NCBI GenBank assembly: GCA_008632985.1
Contig: QPGO01000181.1
Span: 1 to 64,000 of the forward strand
Length of the DNA: 64,000 bases
Reading direction: 5' to 3'
Source: Psammoneis japonica
Lineage: Eukaryota
Position 1 is the first letter of the stretch. Every line of letters begins with the position of its first letter. The notes under the pieces were generated by a model. It was not told the DNA's origin and did no database searches. It saw nothing but the letters and a program-made list of their open reading frames with translations. Below are positions 12,101 to 23,305 of the stretch, in pieces. Made by a program: the position numbers and the translations under genes.

Positions 12101-14092
12101 ACATTGGCATGGAGTGCGGGGACAAGTTGACTGAACCCAGTTCCGATCCTGCACTTGTCTGCTGTCAACCAGCCATGAAGCTGTTTGGCACTGCCACCAG
12201 AGATGCAGGAGTTGCTCCACACTGTCTGAACCCCAGCGGCTGTAATTTTGTTGAGACGTGCTGCAAAGATTCCTCTGCCACTGGAGAGGAAATCCAATGA
12301 ATCCACCTGCGCAAGAAGCAACCAGAAGCACACCTGCTGGGTCTCTTTGTCCAATTTGGAGAAAGAAGTTCTCCCCGATGATGCTGACATTGAAGACATT
12401 CTCGGTGCCGGAGAATCTGCCGCCAACGACGCTGAAACAGACCTTGAGGGAGAGGGCGATCTCTGTCTTGATGGCCTTGAGATGTCATGTGCCATGGATG
12501 AAATGGTGGTTGTGATTCTTGATTTGTTGAAATGGATTGACGATCACACCGGATCTCCGGATTTCCACCATGCCATGCTGGAGACATGTTTCCGGCTGGC
12601 AATCAAGAAATTCCCAAGAGGAACTGACATCAATGAGTTTCGTTTAATGTTGGTCATCCAAATGCTAGTCAGTGCAGGAATCATTGTTCATCCCCACCCT
12701 CATTTGAGAAATCTTGTTTATCCTGCATCCAAACTCGGTGCATCGAAGCAGTTAGAGCACTTGGACCCCAATGATTGTGTGGCGTGTGCTAACTTGCTGA
12801 TGGTCAAACATGGAATAGAGCATCACGGTGGCTCCGGCAGGGAATGTGTCCTCTGTGATTGGTGTGCTCCAAATTGTGTTGAAGGCATCATTAAAGAGCA
12901 TTGCGCTCATGGTCAGCACATTTTCATGCTCATTGGAGATGATGCTGCCCCCAGCGTGAAGCAACATGGCACTGGACATTGGGACGCTGTTCCCATCATG
13001 ACAGAGGGGTAAGTTTCAACACCGCACTTTGCTTTGGATGTTTTCTAATTGCCATTTTTGTTCTCCGACTTTGAACAAACTAGAGTGCCTGGGGAAGACA
13101 TGGGTTGTTTGGAAAATCAAGATGCAGCAGCAGAGGAAGAAGAATTTTCTCAATCCCTGAATGATTTTGGCTCAGATGTTAACAAGTCAGCGTCACAACA
13201 AGAATTGAGTTATCCCAAGGATGAGAGAGCCATCCCTCCCAACGGTCCTGACAAACACTGTGACTCTGAATCGCCGGACTTCAATGACATGAGGGAATCA
13301 CCTCAAGATGGCCCGGATCTCTCAGTGCAACCGAAGAACACAAAGGCATTGTTTTTGTGCATGACACAGATGAACGACATTGATTCTCTGTCATTCACAA
13401 ATGTGCTTAATGACATCAACGATGACTTGTTCAGTGGAAATTCCAAACTGAGATCCGACGCGACAAGGACACTTGCCTGTCGTGATGTGGTGCATGATGA
13501 AACCAACTGCACCATTGATTGCAACTTTTACACAGCTTCTCTGAGCAATGGTCACAATGCCCGTCACCTCAACTGCAATGTGTGCAGTCCCACATTTTGC
13601 AACGAGGTCATCACAAAGTTCGGAAGGGACTTTGAGGAAATCAACTTGGATTACTTTTGGATACAAAAGGGTTTGTTGAGCAACAGATTCAACCCACGCT
13701 TCTTCTTTGGGAGGACGTTGCCTGAACTGTCAAATGCAATGAAAGTTGGCAGTGCCATCAGCATCCCTTTTAACATCAAGACATTTGTTGCCTGTGTCTT
13801 GCATGAGGAGTCCATTGTCAAAATGTGCAATGCCCTTTTTCCGGCGGATGTGCGCATCCTCTTGCATGAACCGCACCATTGCAGTTATTTTGATGATGAA
13901 CAGTGCAAACAAAAGCTGAATCTAGATTATGCACGTCAGGTGAACAAACACCCAACCAGTGTCACAAGCAGGGAAGTGAGCCAGTCAGTTCCGGAATGTG
14001 TTTGCCTTCAAGCCAAAGAGGTTTGGAAGTGGTTGAGAAATGACAATCACCATGTCGGTCTTTGCAAATGGATTCACCTCGTAAAAAAGTAA
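9178..14092 (+). pseudogene. Large transposon cargo gene with frameshifts and stops: acidic/Ser-rich N-terminus, TET/JBP-like HxD segment, helical ECxLC segment, SAM-methyltransferase-like C-terminus
   Basis: Chain of ORFs 9178-9471, 9356-9799, 9814-10257, 10070-11473, 11470-12300, 12248-13012, 13049-14092. A GTAAGT...CTAAT...TAG intron at 13009-13083 joins the last two in frame. The 5' part recurs inverted at 62130-63274. Domain calls are motif resemblance only. Confidence 0.55.
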
Positions 14093-14132
14093 GAAGATAT
14101 GATGATTTGGTGTCCAGCTCATCCAGGAACAT

Positions 14133-15032
14133 TCACGCCGACGGTGCCACTTCAGCTGGCATTCTTTGGACACAGAAATGGCAAAACACGTTGAGATGGC
14201 AATCGCAGTGATGACCAATGAAGTCGGAAAGACCGTCGGACATAAAAACATGCAAGGCGACCAGCCGGTTCCTCACAAAGAGCAGCCCCCCACCAATGTT
14301 TGAGCCACATTCATGCATGTCGAGTCAAATGATCGTCCCATTAACATGCCTCATCAAGTCACAGTTGTGGCTTTTTGCAGGTGGAGAACAGATGTGTCAC
14401 GGGGCATGCAAATGCACATCTGTGTCATCAAAGGCTGCCAATGAGACAGATGGAAGACGAGGTAGGAGATCATGCCTTCGTCCATCCAGAGTCAAATCCA
14501 AATTTATGTTGAAGTCATGCAACCAAAACTCCATTGTGCAACAATCGTTTCGATGCTCCTCATCACAGAAGATGCAAGTGTTGGGAACCCAATCTTGAAA
14601 ATGTGCTTCTCTAATGCATCTCTGAGCAGGGGTAATGCAATCGCCGCCCCGTCTCTTTACAGGCACGAGATGATGACTGCGTGTGGACAGGAAGTGTCGG
14701 AACCTTGGGTGTTGATGGAAATGTCTCCTGTTTGTGTCGATGCTCTTGCAGAACTCCTCGTTGGAGTCAGAAAAATTTTCTTCACAACAGAAACATTTGT
14801 CCATTGTTTCCCCAGCTTCCATCATCCGGCGAATCTTTCTCCTTGGATTGCCGTCCCAGAATTGATCGCATCGGCAATGGGGACCATCCGCGATTCTCTG
14901 CCACCCAATGGTCACTGCGTGATAAAGCAATCGGTTTGAAATTTGCAATGCGGCGAGAGTTTGGACATCTGTTGTTTCCAAGAAGGAGAAATGTGTTGCC
15001 ACACAGTGGCACGCCAACATCCCAGCATGCAA
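14133..15032 (-). pseudogene. Transposon cargo ORF remnant, unknown function
   Basis: ORFs 14397-15032 and 14133-14318 share a frame inside the TIR-bounded element and converge on the large cargo gene. Confidence 0.35.
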
Positions 15033-15333
15033 TTGTCACCCATGCTGGCAAAAGGTTGTGGTCCTTTTGTTTTCGTGGTGAGGATCACACCCATTGTTTG
15101 CATTTTTGCATGCCTTGTCCATTGAGTTGTCCATTGGGTTTTGTCAAGTGTTGGTCCGATTGTTGTCAGTCGGTGAAATGAAAAGAACACTGACGCACAA
15201 CCAATCTGGAAAGACAACTGACACACGACTGTCATGTGGTCGACAGACACCACCACTTCACAACAATCGCCGCAATCCGAATTTGAGAAGAAGACCATGT
15301 CAGAGGCGCACTCAACTGTTTCCTTGTGCGGAT

Positions 15334-16298
15334 GATGGAGAAAGTGTTGGTTTACGATCACGCTGACATTCCTTGTAATTCGGAGGAACAGAGAGCAAAG
15401 GATGCAAAGGCTGCAGTTGCTAGATCTGTGCGAGTGATGGCAGAAAAATGTTTTGCTTTAGCGCATGCAATGGATCAAATCAAAAGAGCTGTCGCAAATC
15501 CAGCCACCACAGTTCACGAAATAAAGCTGCACTGTGTTCAGCAAAATCAAGGCATTGATCAAAGCACATCATTCAGAAAATGATTGTGCCATTGCAGTTG
15601 AAGATTTCAGCAATGCGGAAATGTTTTTCCAACGAGTTCTTCATGGTGACCACTTCAATGCAAGAGGACAGGGATTCCCAATCTCCGTGGAGGGATGTCA
15701 ACGACCCAAGTGCATGCCGTGTGGCCATGATTCACTGTTGCTTCTTAAACACATGCAGGCTGAGTCTGAAAGAGAAGAGTCTGACACAGATGAGGGAGCA
15801 GTGGCTAGGGAGCATCCTGCCACAGATTGCATTGTCAGGTCCATCCACACCCGTGCCATGCCATGCATCGAACCATGCCAAGCAATGTCATCCGGTCCTC
15901 CCTGTTGTGAGACACCCTTTTGCATGCAACCACAGCGGGACCTGAAGGAGGCACTTTCCTCTTTTTGCGAAGCCCACTTGGAACTGCAAAGGAAAGGTGA
16001 AGCCTTGCACCAATGTTGGGATTCTTTGTTTCATGAGAGGCTGGGCGTGGATCAAATGAGGAGAGGGATCTGGTCTGCGATCCACACCATGAACGGAGAA
16101 GCAGTCACAAGAGAAACGTTCCTGCATTTGGCAATCCAAATGGAGGAACGATTGTTGCACTTCGACCAGACGTATGGCAGCCCTGAGTTTCAGCATGCAA
16201 TGATGGTTGCCAGGCAACATTTCATGGAACAGGACGACTGGATGGAATGCAGAGACGATTGTGGTTGGCACCATTGGATGATTTCCATCCACAGATGA
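15334..16298 (+). pseudogene. Transposon cargo ORF remnant, helical, unknown function
   Basis: ORFs 15326-15583 and 15534-16298 overlap with one frameshift; protein-like acidic/helical composition. Confidence 0.4.
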
Positions 16299-17369
16299 AG
16301 TCTTGTGACTTCTGGTCACCGAATGTTGGCCCTTGTACAAGTCAGGTGCGCATGCGCTGGCAAACACCACCCAAGTTTACAATCATGAGGGGAGGCTCTG
16401 CCTGCAATGCCTTCAAATCTTCCAAGAGAAAGGACAACATGTCGTGGTGAGCCTGTGTGTTTGATGAACACGGGGGCTTGCCCGATTGTACGTCTTTGTT
16501 CACATTCCTGTTCTCATCGAGTGTGCCACCCGTGCCATCCTTGTCTGTGCTCGGTGTGAACCCCAGGTGATGCCAGGTGCAATCACGCTCATGCTCATGC
16601 CTCTTGGCAAGAAGAATGCAGAACAACCAGGGTTCGAGGGGACACCTTTGACAGGCATCAGTCCCCTGTTTGATCATTGTACAAAGCGATTGGCAACAGC
16701 AAGTCCTTCTCACAGTCAAAGTCATTGGGGAGGGCATCGCATGTGTCGGAGTGCCATTTGTTGGACATGATCTCACCAAGATCATGGTCATTGACAGGAA
16801 CACACTTGTGGAAACGTTCCTGCAGGGACTTGTTCACATTGAGATTGTGCTCGTCATCAAACATTGAGTGGGCAAGCAAATCTCTCAACATGTCCAGCAT
16901 GCGGAAGCAAGTGACTTCCCATCCACCAATGATGCAAGCATCGGGCTGGGGCAGGAAAACTTTCTTGTGGAGTTTCTTCACCAACAAGTCCTGCCCAAGA
17001 CACTGGGAACAATCGAATTTCTGCTTCTTGCAAAATCGGCACAACAGGGTGAGCAACTTCCCATAGAATTTATGAGTGGCACCGGAATTGTCACACAGCG
17101 TAATCGGCTCCAAAGAGGCTTCCTCCAACAGTGCAAAGGTGGGTGGATCAGGTGCCTCCCCGTGCAAGACATCGGAGTCGGCATTGCTGGTGGTGGGGAG
17201 GATGCCGGGGGGTGGATGCTGGGGCAAGGTGGATTCTTCACATGCATCCACCGTGGAAGAATGCAAAGAAGCAGCAGGAGGAGTGCCAGGGAACATTTCG
17301 TAAAGAGAGGAATCATTGTCGTCACGCTCATCATCATTGCAATCCTTGTCCTCCTCTTGCTCTTGCTCT

Positions 17370-17412
<43 letters not shown>

Positions 17413-17446
17413 CCTCCTCCTCCTCCTCCTGAGTCATCATCTCCAT
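16270..17446 (-). pseudogene. Plavaka-like transposase, N-terminal half, truncated at ~16270
   Basis: Motifs LLLPIALYNDQ/TGTDACQRCPLEP...WHHLGF...HHDMLSFLLEDLKALQ...GDQKSQDFICG resemble the Plavaka transposase family; the homologous + strand copy at 60400-62130 extends further. Confidence 0.72.
17350..17430. repeat. Compound microsatellite (CTCYTG)n + (CTC)n encoding EQ/E repeats in the transposase N-terminus
   Basis: Directly visible; copy 2 (60600-60625) has only a short Glu run at this position. Confidence 0.9.
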
Positions 17447-18049
17447 TTAGGTCCATGCTGTGATTTAGTGCTTCATCATTCTCAGATGCGGAAATGGACA
17501 ACTGACAAGCAATTTGCTGCTCTTGCAATGCAAAAATGGCGGCTTGCAACATCTGGCTCAATTGAGTTGTGGCAGATGCACGGGGACGGGCTGCATTTTG
17601 CAAACAGTGGTGGCGACGGTGGCAAACAGGCATGCCAAGCTAAGAGTGCGATTGGAGATGAGGAAGGTGAAGACACAGGATGAAACAATTAGATGCTTGT
17701 TCACAACCATTTGTTTGTGTGCAGGTGTCAGATTGATTTTTGAATCAAATTATTTAGTGTGCACCCAGTTGATTTTTGAACAGGAGACACTGGGCGTGGT
17801 GGCAATGGCCATTAGAGAGTTGGCCACAGGGAGGCAATTGGACATGAGGGCATGCACACATTCAGAAATTAAAGATGACATTTTTTGAATTGGAGAGAGG
17901 ATCCATTTAAATTTCAATGCAAATGTCCAGCCAAATAAAGAAACATTGGTGAAAGACAATGTTCAGGTGAGCAGAAATTTGTGCTCGGAAATGGAGAAGG
18001 ACAACCGTCACCCACACGTTGTCCACAAGACTGAACCACATCCATCAAC

Positions 18050-18472
18050 ATGCTTGCAGCACGTGCACATGAGCACACACCAGAAATGAAAACACAGCGG
18101 CAGCAGCGGAGGACGATGGTGCATGTGGAGCGGGAGTTGAGCTCAACCGAGTGGATGGCGGATGAGGCAAAGGTGATGGAAGACATGGCAAAGGTGAGAG
18201 ATTATGCAAAGGAAACATTGTTCCTCAGTGCAACACTTGCATTCGACGAAAAGGAAATGGAGGAAACGGGCATGCTCTGCCGAGATTATGAACAGAACTG
18301 CGGCCCCAAGATGATGCATGGCCTGCTGAACGAACTGCCTGAGGCAGAGCAAAAAACATGCCTGCACCACCTGTGGCTTACGATGAAACAAAAAAAGATG
18401 TGTCAGGAGTGGCCAGCAATTGAGAGGTCGAATGCGTGCCAGGCACAGCAGGACAAGTTCCACGGTGAGTGA
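18050..18472 (+). pseudogene. Terminal accessory ORF of the Plavaka-like element, divergent from the transposase
   Basis: MLCRDYEQNCGPKM...QEWPAIERSNACQAQQDKF matches 59555-59776(-) MLCRDYEHNCTPKM...QEWPAIKRSNACQAEQDKF; copy 2 continues further (59492-58589). Confidence 0.55.
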
Positions 18473-18834
18473 TGACGGAGGGTGAAACAAGGACAGCAAA
18501 TGCGATTGCTGACACTGCTTTTCCTGCCGCAAACAAAGCTCTTTGTGCATGCTGCGATGAGAAAAGTCAAATCCAATGAAGCAACTAGTTTGGAGTCATC
18601 AACTGATTGGGTGGCACCCCACTCATTGGGATTGATGACTGTTTTGGAAAGTCTGCAGACATTTGTTGGTTGGTGGACATTTGTTTATTTTTAATCACGA
18701 CCAATTGTGGTAAAAAGTCGTGATTCACATTAAATCGCCTTGGTTCATCATAAACAAATGTGCATGCACAGGCTCTCACAAATGCCATCATACACAATGT
18801 CCATTGGCATGACCACATAAGACAATTCATGGAA

Positions 18835-18847
18835 ACGGGCCTCTGAT
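18835..18847 (-). repeat. Right terminal inverted repeat of Plavaka-like element
   Basis: ACGGGCCTCTGAT; ~70 bp of subterminal sequence is also shared with the copy-2 end at 58153-58230. Confidence 0.85.
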
Positions 18848-18851
18848 TTGC

Positions 18852-20970
18852 TTTGTCGCCCTGCAAAAAGATCCCACCAACCTCAACAAACTCTGCCCCA
18901 TTGGCTGCAGGGCTGCAGTCCCTCACATCATCAGCACCCTCACTGTGACCACTGATGCACCTGCTCTCACCCAATGCCTCCTCCCTGATGGCCACAATTT
19001 GGCATTTTGCCATCAAAGGAGGCCTCAACTGACCAGTTCATGCCACATGTGCCAACATTGAATGTTGCCTCTACACCACTGCACCAACCCATGCTTTCCT
19101 CACCCTCAACCTTGCCAACTTTTTCAATGAATGCTCCCAAGAAACCTGTGATGAAATTCTCAACAGCACCCCCACCTTTTGCCACCTCAGCCCCATCTTT
19201 TACCTGTGCTGCAACACCCCAACACTTGCTGGTGCCATGACCCCAACGGTTGCTGGAAATCCTTCCCTCAACCAGAAGGATTCTCCCAAGGCTGTCCACT
19301 CACTCCTCCCTTTGCCACCCTTGTCCTCAGCATTGTCCTCAAACAACTCAACACCAAGCTCCACACAAATGGCTGCCTCCCTCCAACGTCACCTCTGCTG
19401 CTTCCCTCATTGATGACACAAGCATGTGGCTGCCACACACCAAGCTGCCATGGTTTCTACAATGCCTTGCGCAGAACCAGGTTTGCCACATGGCGTTCAC
19501 CTCAACTGCTCCAAGACACACCTGCTGACCTCCATCTCTGGCACCAGCCCTTTGCCTGACTTGCCCCCAACAAGCACCTCTGCCCTCTGCCAAGCAATCT
19601 CCTTCCTCAACCCCACCAATGACCCCACTCTCCATCCCAAAATTGCCACTGGCCTCCACTTCCTTAGCCAGCCCATTGGCAGCCCTGATTTTGCCCACAC
19701 GCACCTCAACCAAAAAGCATCTACATTCCACTCCAACCTTGACTGACTCTCCTCCCGCCTCCGAGACACCCAGACCAAAAGCTCCCTCCACCCCACCTGT
19801 GCCACCTCCTCACTCCCGCACCTCCTCCTCTCAGATGCATGCTTCAACTTTGACCCAGACAACCCACCTCCCCTTGCTTCTTGGAATCTGCCCTTTCCAA
19901 CAAGATGTCCAATGCCACTGCAATGCCTTCTCACTGCATCTTGCAGCACAATCACAACCTTTGCCACCCCACACAGTGTGCTTTGCTCACCTCCCTGCAT
20001 TCACTGGTGGTGCAGTCTGCTGCTCTGTCTCTGCCTCCACCATCCCTTTTCTCATTTCCCAACTTGCCAGTTCCCTGCAATGTGCTGTGCACGGCCCCAC
20101 CTCTGGCAAGGATGACTCCCTCAAACTCCCTCCCTTCCATGACCACTCACTCCACACATGGGCCACTTCCCGTCAATCCTTGCACCTCTGTCAAGTCTTC
20201 CAATGCTGCAGCACTGCCCCCAACCTGACACTTGACCATGCTCCACCCTCTCTTGCCACCCTCATCAAAAACTTCCCACTGCACAACCTCTCCCACACCC
20301 TGCACCACGCTGGCTTTCAACACCAACTGCAAACACTCCAACAGCAAGGCCCTGTGCATGTTGCCCTTGTGCTCCCCTCCCTCCTCTCCCTGCTCACAGC
20401 CAAGCTCCCCCCCTTTGCTTCCTTGCCCACTCCTTGCCCCATTGGTGCCTGGCCCCTTGCTTGCTTCTTGCCCCATCAATGCCTGGCCCCTGATCAATTC
20501 CATCTCATGCTGCAATGCAAGCTGCGCCTCCCCATCTTGCCCAATCACCTCAAATCCATCTCCTGTCCTTCTTGCAATGGCACTGCCAACCCTGTGGTGT
20601 TCATGCTTTCTGCTGCCGGCCCCTGGACACAAAACAACCCTGTTCAATGCCACCCTTGACAGCCTGTTTGCCACATTCCAAACACTGGCCCCGCCATCCA
20701 ACATTTGCGCCCCAACTCTCCACCACAATCCACCATGAACCCACCAACCTCATCCCTCACTTGCCCCTCAAGTGCCCCACTGATGTGGGCATCTAGCTCA
20801 ACCTGGCCACCTCTGCTGCCTCCCCTCTGGGACATTGCCACCTCTCAATCAACATCACCATCCCCAAACCTCCACTTCCACAGCTCCCAGCTTGCCTGCC
20901 CCCACTTTCAACACTTTTGCGCGGGGGCAGACACGCTCCAGCTCTGGGTGGGACCTCACACTGCTGAGCT
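18852..20970 (+). mobile_element. C-rich CRE-like non-LTR retrotransposon, RT/zinc-knuckle/endonuclease part
   Basis: QPEGFSQGCPL (motif B'), SLIDDT (YxDD site), LNCSKT, GLHFLSQPIGS, CPSC...HAFCC knuckle, and CPTDVGI (RPAD-type RLE motif). Confidence 0.78.
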
Positions 20971-21299
20971 GTGACATCAACAGTTTTTGCCCTGTGCCAC
21001 ATTTTGGACTTGTGCATGTACATTTCTGCTTGACTTTGGTGGAATTTTGTGTCATTTTGTGGTGCACTTGTTGGGACATCCATTCAACAAGTTTTAACAG
21101 TTTTTTCTTCAGTGCGATTCTCCAATGTCTTAAGAAGTGTGTGTGGGGCAGGTGGATTTTCAAAAACTGCAAGCATCAAGAAGTGCAATTGTGCCACAAA
21201 CTTGGTTGTTTATTTAGATGTTGAAGACAAATGTGTCCATTGACCAGACTGTGAACTGCAGAGCATGTGCGCAGAATTCTGCGGGACAATGTCACACAC

Positions 21300-21900
21300 G
21301 GAGTCCTGCCTGGGGCTGGAACACATCGGCGCACCACATGAGCACCCAGAACCTGACATGAGAAGCAACCCTTGCATCTGCCCTGAATGATGCTGGCATC
21401 TGCCTCATCCGATGCCTCATCCCCTTCACCACCATCGATCACTTGGGAGCTCTCCTGGCCATTTGGCTTGCCGTTTTCTTTTTGAAGCCGACCAAGACCA
21501 CCCCATCCCTGCTCTGCCCACCCCTCCTTCGACCACTGAATCCTCCTTCCAACACCAAGCTGCCCATGCTGCATGCACCTGCAGCCACCACCCTCTGCCA
21601 TCCTCTCCACCACCACTGCCACTTGGCAAAACACTCGTGCCGCACCCTTTGGCTTGACTTGCCACACCAATGCTCCATCACAGTGGGGCCTTCAAAGCCT
21701 TGGCTTTGTGATTGCCAAGTCCCTTGCCAACCAAGTTGCTCCCCATTCTGCCAAATTACAGTCTCAACTTGCCAACCCCTCCCTCAGACCCATCCCTTTC
21801 CCTGCCCACATGACTCAATTGCAGGCAGTTCCACCTTTGCTCCGCATCTGTCCCCCCCCCCGCGCCACTCTGCTCGGTTGCCGGCACATTGCACGTGAAC
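21300..21900 (+). mobile_element. C-rich retroelement fragment, probably the 5' region of a non-LTR element
   Basis: Same strongly C-rich strand bias as 7510-8538; no catalytic motif seen. Confidence 0.3.
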
Positions 21901-22399
21901 TTCTCAATCCAAATCACGCCGGCATCACACTGGATGCTGAACACCAGTGTGGTGGGCAAGGTTGCCGCGGTGCACCGGTGCAGCAGCATCCACTCTCTCT
22001 CCAGCTAGAGAGAGAGAGCAGTCTCCAGCAACGTAAAAAGCACAAAATGATTGTGGACGCCTGTAGAATCTACATGTTTTTGTGCTGAAACTGTTGCCAT
22101 GTTCACACAATTTGTGCAAAAATAGACTTGACTGTTAACAGGCAAGATGGTTCAAGACTTCAAGTCAAGTTTCAAGTTATTTCAAGCTCACGCTCCAACT
22201 CTAGCCAGCATGGCAAAAACAAGAACTCAATTCGGTTTTTTGCTGGTGCGTGATTTTGGAGCAGGCAGACTTTTGGGAGTTGCCAGCTGGCAGCAGCATC
22301 TGCTGTAGAGCAGTGGAGCTTCCCCCTGCACCAATAAAAAAATGCATTGGAAAGTGGACATCACATGGTTAATGCAGTCGTACGAACAGGGGGCAGTTG

Positions 22400-23175
22400 T
22401 CACGCGCAATTGTCGCGTCCTTCTTCCATCCCAAAATCTCATGCCAAGAAGATCTCACAATCGCCATTGTTGGACTTGTTGGAGTTGGCGTTTCCTGGGG
22501 AACTGTTGGGGGTGCTTGAGCTTCCATTGTTGCGACCAGTGGGGTTGATTGGGGGTTCATTGCACACGCAGGAAGGTTTGTAAGTCTTGCCCAGTAGGTC
22601 ACCCAGGTTGTCACGTATTTCATCATGTCGTGAGATGACTGGGCTGCCCTTCTTGCACTGAAGAGCATGATTCATGGTGAACTTGCATCCACATCCATCA
22701 CAGCACTCTGGGAGGTCCGGTGGAGCACCGCCATGCCGCAAGCAGAGCGCATCACGGAACTCTCGGCATGAGAGTTCTGTGCCGTTCAGCATCGAAGGGT
22801 GTGCTGACAGCCACACTCCAGTCTTGGTGCTGCACTTGACAGCTGTGGCCTGAAGGTTGGGCAGGGTCCTGAGGATCGTTTTGAGGGTCTCCCCATGTGC
22901 TTTAACTTTTCCATCAGCCACTTCCTGTTTCACTTCCCGCATGGTGTCCTTGTGGACTGCGGAGGAGAGCTGGGAGCGGCTGCGGAGTGAGTCGATCACG
23001 TGGGAGCACGTGAGAGTACTCACTTCATAGTTATGAGCTGCGGACTCAGTTGGACGAGGGATGGATAGTCGCGAAAATTTGATTGGGAGGGCGGATAGGG
23101 CTAATCTCGGATCGTCGTCGGCTAAGGTCTCGCCCATCAGCGCTGGTAGAAAATTGCGCTGTATCGCGCGTTCTA
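22400..23175 (-). mobile_element. Second, less mutated fragment of the CRE-like family at 521-2400
   Basis: ORF 22439-23266 aligns with 932-1660: FLPALMGETLADDDPRLALSALPIKF...CDGCGCKFTMNHALQCKKG...RHDEIRD. Confidence 0.88.
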
Positions 23176-23305
23176 CGTCGGCCGGCGAACGATTCAAAAA
23201 AGTCCTTTTTACTACCGTACACGTTGGACACAGCGAAATAATAACATAGGCCTCACTCAGCAGCACCTACAGTACATGACTTGACATGGTGGAAAGACGT
23301 AAACG

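Larger units (their letters stand above)
8539..18847 (-). mobile_element. Plavaka-like TIR DNA transposon, ~10.3 kb, copy 1, with cargo ORFs (strand = transposase)
   Basis: Perfect 13-bp terminal inverted repeat ATCAGAGGCCCGT (8539-8551) / ACGGGCCTCTGAT (18835-18847). The flanking RT frame rejoins across it, it contains a Plavaka-type transposase fragment, and an inverted second copy with the same terminus starts at 58153. Confidence 0.82.

Noticed and set aside
16868..17683. 271-aa ORF with a long poly-Leu run resembling a membrane protein
   Set aside because: It is the antisense reading of the EQ/E microsatellite in the transposase N-terminus.
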